NCBI GenBank assembly: GCA_963705665.1
Contig: CAVPKQ010000050.1
Coordinates: 3,580 to 67,579, forward strand
Reading direction: 5' to 3'
DNA from: an uncultured Acidobacteriaceae bacterium
GTDB taxonomy: Bacteria; Acidobacteriota; Terriglobia; Terriglobales; Acidobacteriaceae
Length of the DNA: 64,000 nt
Part shown: positions 60,997 to 64,000 of the stretch, one piece after another
Layout: every line of letters starts with the position of its first letter
How positions within the stretch are numbered: position 1 is the first letter of the stretch
Notes under the pieces: model-generated
The model's database searches: none
What the model saw: the letters and a program-made list of their open reading frames with translations, nothing else
Told to the model about the DNA's origin: nothing
Translations under genes and position numbers: made by a program

Positions 60997-63900
60997 TTAG
61001 AAGGAAACGCGTATGGCAAACTGCATCACTCGCGGATCTCCGGAGAGCGAGGTGATCGAGGCCGCGCTGCTGCTGCTCACATTGCCGCTCGGCTGACCGA
61101 ACAAGGGGTGATTGGCGACGTTGAATACCTCCCAGCGCGCCTCGGCATTGAAACTCTCATGGATGGGGATCTCCTTGATCAAGGCCGCATCAAAGACGTC
61201 AGTGTTTGGACCCCGCATGGAGTTGCGGCTGCCATTGCCCACAGTGTAGTTGCCCGGATCGGTGAACGCATTCGTCAAGCCAGAGCCTAAAGAACCGCAG
61301 GCGCTGTTCCCGCTGGTATAGAACCAGCAGGCCGGCTTGCCGAATACGTGTGGTTTGCCGACGACGTTGGGCACGGCGGTGGCGTAGCCATATGCGTCCA
61401 ATAGGCTGCTCTCGCTACCCCAGTTCACGGTGAACGGGTGTCCGCTGTAGTAGGTATAGACGCCCGATGTCTGCCAGTTGCCCAAGATCCAGGAGAGCGG
61501 GCCGGAATTCAGCATGGCCTTGCCGCGTCCGAAGGGCAGCTCGTAGATGTAGCTGACGGATATACGGTGAGGCACATCGAAATCGCTCGGACCATACCAC
61601 GCGCCGTAGTTGCGGCCGTCGGGCGGATCGCCCGAATTCGATTCCAATTCTTCGGGCGTGTTGTCCAGGCTGCGGGAGTAGGTATAGGCCGCCTGCAGGC
61701 TCAAGCCATGCGCGAGGCGATGAGTCAGGCTGGCCTGAAGAGCGTTGTAGTTGCCGAAGCCGATCGGCGAGGTGTACTCGACCTGGCCAAAATTGGAGTA
61801 TGGCTGGATCTTCGTGCTCACGCCGGCCACAATCAGCGGCTGATTGTAATCCCGGATCACATCAAGGTGCGTGGACTTGGTTCCAACGTAGTCCACTTCG
61901 GCAAGCCAATTTGGCGCAAACTCCCTTTGTACGCCCGCGCTCCACTGCTGCACCATCGGCGTCACGCTCCGCGGGTCGAGCGCGCGGATGTGGAAGGACT
62001 GCAGCGCGCTGAAGTTGATGGTGCTCGGATCAAGAAAATTCGAGGGGAAGCCAACCTCCGGAGTAATAACCGGGGAGGTGTTGCTGGCCGGAGCTTTATT
62101 GACCAGGAATGGAGGATTCAGCGCCAACTGATCTTCACTGCCGATACGTTCGAGAGTGGTGTAATACACGCCGTAGCCAGCGCGGAACACGGTCTTGCTG
62201 TCCGGAGAGTATGAGATGCCGATGCGTGGACCGAAGTTCTTAGTGGCGGGATTGACCAGCGCGCGGTCTCCAATCGACCCGGACTTGGCGAAGATGAGAG
62301 AGCCCGAGCCGGCCGGATTAAAGTTCGCCAGTTCATTTCTGCCCTCCAGCGCCGGGGTCGCGAATTCGTAGCGGAGACCCAGATTGAGGGTCAGGCGGGG
62401 CGTAGCCTTCCAATCGTCTTCCACGAAGCCGGAGGCCATCCATAGGCGCTGATCCACAAAAAAGACATTCGTCAATTGGGTATATTGGGTAGCTCCGATG
62501 AGACCGTCGGCATACGAGATGCCCGAGCCTTTAACGGCTGCGCTGCCGGTGAAAATGCCGGTAAAGGTGAGATCGCCTCGGGTTCCGGGTTCGTCCTGGA
62601 AAAGGTTACGCATCGGCGCATAGACGGTCGCGCCGAACTTTAAATTGTGCGCTCCGAGTGTCCAGGTGAGAGTGTCATTATATTGATACAACATAGGAAC
62701 CTGTTGCTTGGGCAGGAAGTCGGGCGAGCCAAGGAAGGTCTTGTTGGTAAAGGTGGTCAGCGGGACTCCGCCGCCGGTGGCTGAGTTCTTCGGTATTCCA
62801 GGAACAAAGTCGCCGGCCGTCTGGCTCAACGGGAAAGGCTGCTGCTCGGCAAACGAGAAATCGCGGACCCAACCAAAGCGGAAGTCATTGACCATCCGCG
62901 GGCTCACAATGTGCGTCCAGCCCAGCACCAGACTGTGGCTCTTGAGGATCTGGTTCCCCCACGCCGACGTAGAGCTGCCGTCAGCGAGTCCGCCGAAGTA
63001 GCCGGGAATATCGCGGGTGCGGTTGGAATAGTCATAGCGCGCGAACACGGTGTCTGAGGACGATGGCGCCCAGTCAACCCGCGCGTTGTAGCTGTCGTTG
63101 AAATCGGTGAGAGCGCCGGTGCGGGAGAAGTTGTTCAGCTCCGGAAAAGTGGCGCGGCCATTTTTGAAGTTTGGCTCCGGAAAGAGCGCCATCAGCTTGC
63201 TTACCGCAGTGTCAATACGGCCTGCGGGAATCCGGTTGTTGGGGAATGCGGTGCAGCCTACGCCCGAGTAGGGTGTTGGGCATGTAGCCGGATCGTAAAT
63301 CGTGGGGTATGCGGGAAGTCCAGCCGCGGCGGCAGCAGCCGGGCTGAAGTCTCCAATCCGCTCGTTGTCCAGAGGAACGGTCGAGATGCGCGAAACCCCC
63401 TGCTTGATGCGCGTGCCCTCGTAGTTGAAAAAGAAGAACAGCCGGTCGCGAAGAATGGGGCCACCCAGGCTTGCTCCAAATTGATTCTGATTGTCCTCGG
63501 CTTTGCGCGTGGCCGTCTGCTTGGTGAAGTAGTCGAAAGAGTCGAAGTATTGGTTGCGCACATACTCGTATGCGGTCCCGTGAAAGCGGTTCGATCCGCT
63601 CACCGTATTGACAGAAACCACAGCGCCCGGCCCGCGCCCGTATTCCGCCGAATAGGGGTTGGTGATGACATTGAATTCGGCGATCGTGTCCACCGACGGA
63701 TGAGAGGCTTCTGTGCTCAGCTCCTGCACGTTTTCAGAGAACGTATTGTTGTCGATGCCGTCGAGAATGAAATTGTTCTGCAGCGAATGCACGCCATTCA
63801 CGTTGAAGCTGCCTGTGCGGCCGGACGAGGTGGCGCCGCTCTGGTTCGTATAGCGATTGATCTGGACTCCGGGCACGGAGCGCAGCAGATCATCCCAATT

Positions 63901-64000
63901 GCGCAGATAGAGCGGCGTTTTCCTGATGGTCTCCGCGTCGATGACGGTGCTGATCGAGGCGTCGTCGGGCGAGAGACGCGACGCAGTGCTTTGGACCTCG
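60997..64000 (-). CDS. TonB-dependent receptor (Acidobacteria-type, plug plus beta-barrel), 5' end beyond the window
   Basis: The frame stays open to nt 64000 (…IDAETIRKTPLYLRNWDDLLRSVPGVQINRY is the plug domain). The barrel ends with the terminal aromatic ...QFAIRVSF. It is paralogous in pattern to the 35451-38730 receptor. Confidence 0.88.
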   Translation of the reverse strand, partial: EVQSTASRLSPDDASISTVIDAETIRKTPLYLRNWDDLLRSVPGVQINRYTNQSGATSSGRTGSFNVNGVHSLQNNFILDGIDNNTFSENVQELSTEASHPSVDTIAEFNVITNPYSAEYGRGPGAVVSVNTVSGSNRFHGTAYEYVRNQYFDSFDYFTKQTATRKAEDNQNQFGASLGGPILRDRLFFFFNYEGTRIKQGVSRISTVPLDNERIGDFSPAAAAAAGLPAYPTIYDPATCPTPYSGVGCTAFPNNRIPAGRIDTAVSKLMALFPEPNFKNGRATFPELNNFSRTGALTDFNDSYNARVDWAPSSSDTVFARYDYSNRTRDIPGYFGGLADGSSTSAWGNQILKSHSLVLGWTHIVSPRMVNDFRFGWVRDFSFAEQQPFPLSQTAGDFVPGIPKNSATGGGVPLTTFTNKTFLGSPDFLPKQQVPMLYQYNDTLTWTLGAHNLKFGATVYAPMRNLFQDEPGTRGDLTFTGIFTGSAAVKGSGISYADGLIGATQYTQLTNVFFVDQRLWMASGFVEDDWKATPRLTLNLGLRYEFATPALEGRNELANFNPAGSGSLIFAKSGSIGDRALVNPATKNFGPRIGISYSPDSKTVFRAGYGVYYTTLERIGSEDQLALNPPFLVNKAPASNTSPVITPEVGFPSNFLDPSTINFSALQSFHIRALDPRSVTPMVQQWSAGVQREFAPNWLAEVDYVGTKSTHLDVIRDYNQPLIVAGVSTKIQPYSNFGQVEYTSPIGFGNYNALQASLTHRLAHGLSLQAAYTYSRSLDNTPEELESNSGDPPDGRNYGAWYGPSDFDVPHRISVSYIYELPFGRGKAMLNSGPLSWILGNWQTSGVYTYYSGHPFTVNWGSESSLLDAYGYATAVPNVVGKPHVFGKPACWFYTSGNSACGSLGSGLTNAFTDPGNYTVGNGSRNSMRGPNTDVFDAALIKEIPIHESFNAEARWEVFNVANHPLFGQPSGNVSSSSAASITSLSGDPRVMQFAIRVSF

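Overview
Everything here comes from reading the sequence and the ORF track by eye. No searches were run, so family calls rest on recognised motifs, and GC values and some start codons are approximate.

The window is a composite of two very different blocks.

(1) nt 1 to ~9,980 is very high-GC DNA with actinomycete-like codon usage. It carries a sugar-utilisation locus. A 5'-truncated GH35 beta-galactosidase with an NPCBM module converges on a translationally coupled lacI / ABC solute-binding protein / permease / permease / GH31 operon.

(2) nt ~10,000 to 64,000 is moderate-GC DNA that looks like Acidobacteriota. The cues are CarboxypepD_reg-type TonB-dependent receptors, many DUF genes and dispersed REP/MITE-like repeats. 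This block begins inside a 5'-truncated beta-ketoacyl-ACP synthase. The junction therefore looks like an assembly chimera, a splice, or a very recent foreign insertion.

The second block holds housekeeping genes (moaA, recX, alaS, an S9 peptidase, a SorAB-like sulfite dehydrogenase) and sugar-related genes (Gfo/Idh/MocA, TIM-barrel isomerase, SDR, two MFS transporters, LacI, DUF2961). It also holds these accessory features:
- A Sec-exported six-Cys peptide followed by DUF692 (MNIO), DUF2063 and DoxX. This is a bufferin/HvfA-like RiPP metallophore cluster, with an RsrA-like anti-sigma/ECF sigma pair next to it. It is the best candidate for an interesting system.
- A fic-hsdR-hsdS-hsdM type I R-M operon. 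Its hsdS is broken by a fragment of a carbon-nitrogen hydrolase gene.
- A tRNA-Ser(UGA) locus with two partial tRNA copies bracketing a 2.8 kb cassette that carries an HTH-ImmA/IrrE plus DUF4411 (PIN-like) pair.
- Four toxin-antitoxin-like modules, one of them decaying.
- A 74-bp direct repeat of MFS coding sequence flanking a VapBC-like module.
- At least three families of structured intergenic repeats.
- Five disrupted genes (PIN toxin, TonB receptor, enolase-superfamily enzyme, hsdS, PLC-like enzyme). These point either to real pseudogenisation or to indel errors in the assembly.

No CRISPR array, rRNA, transposase or integrase was seen.
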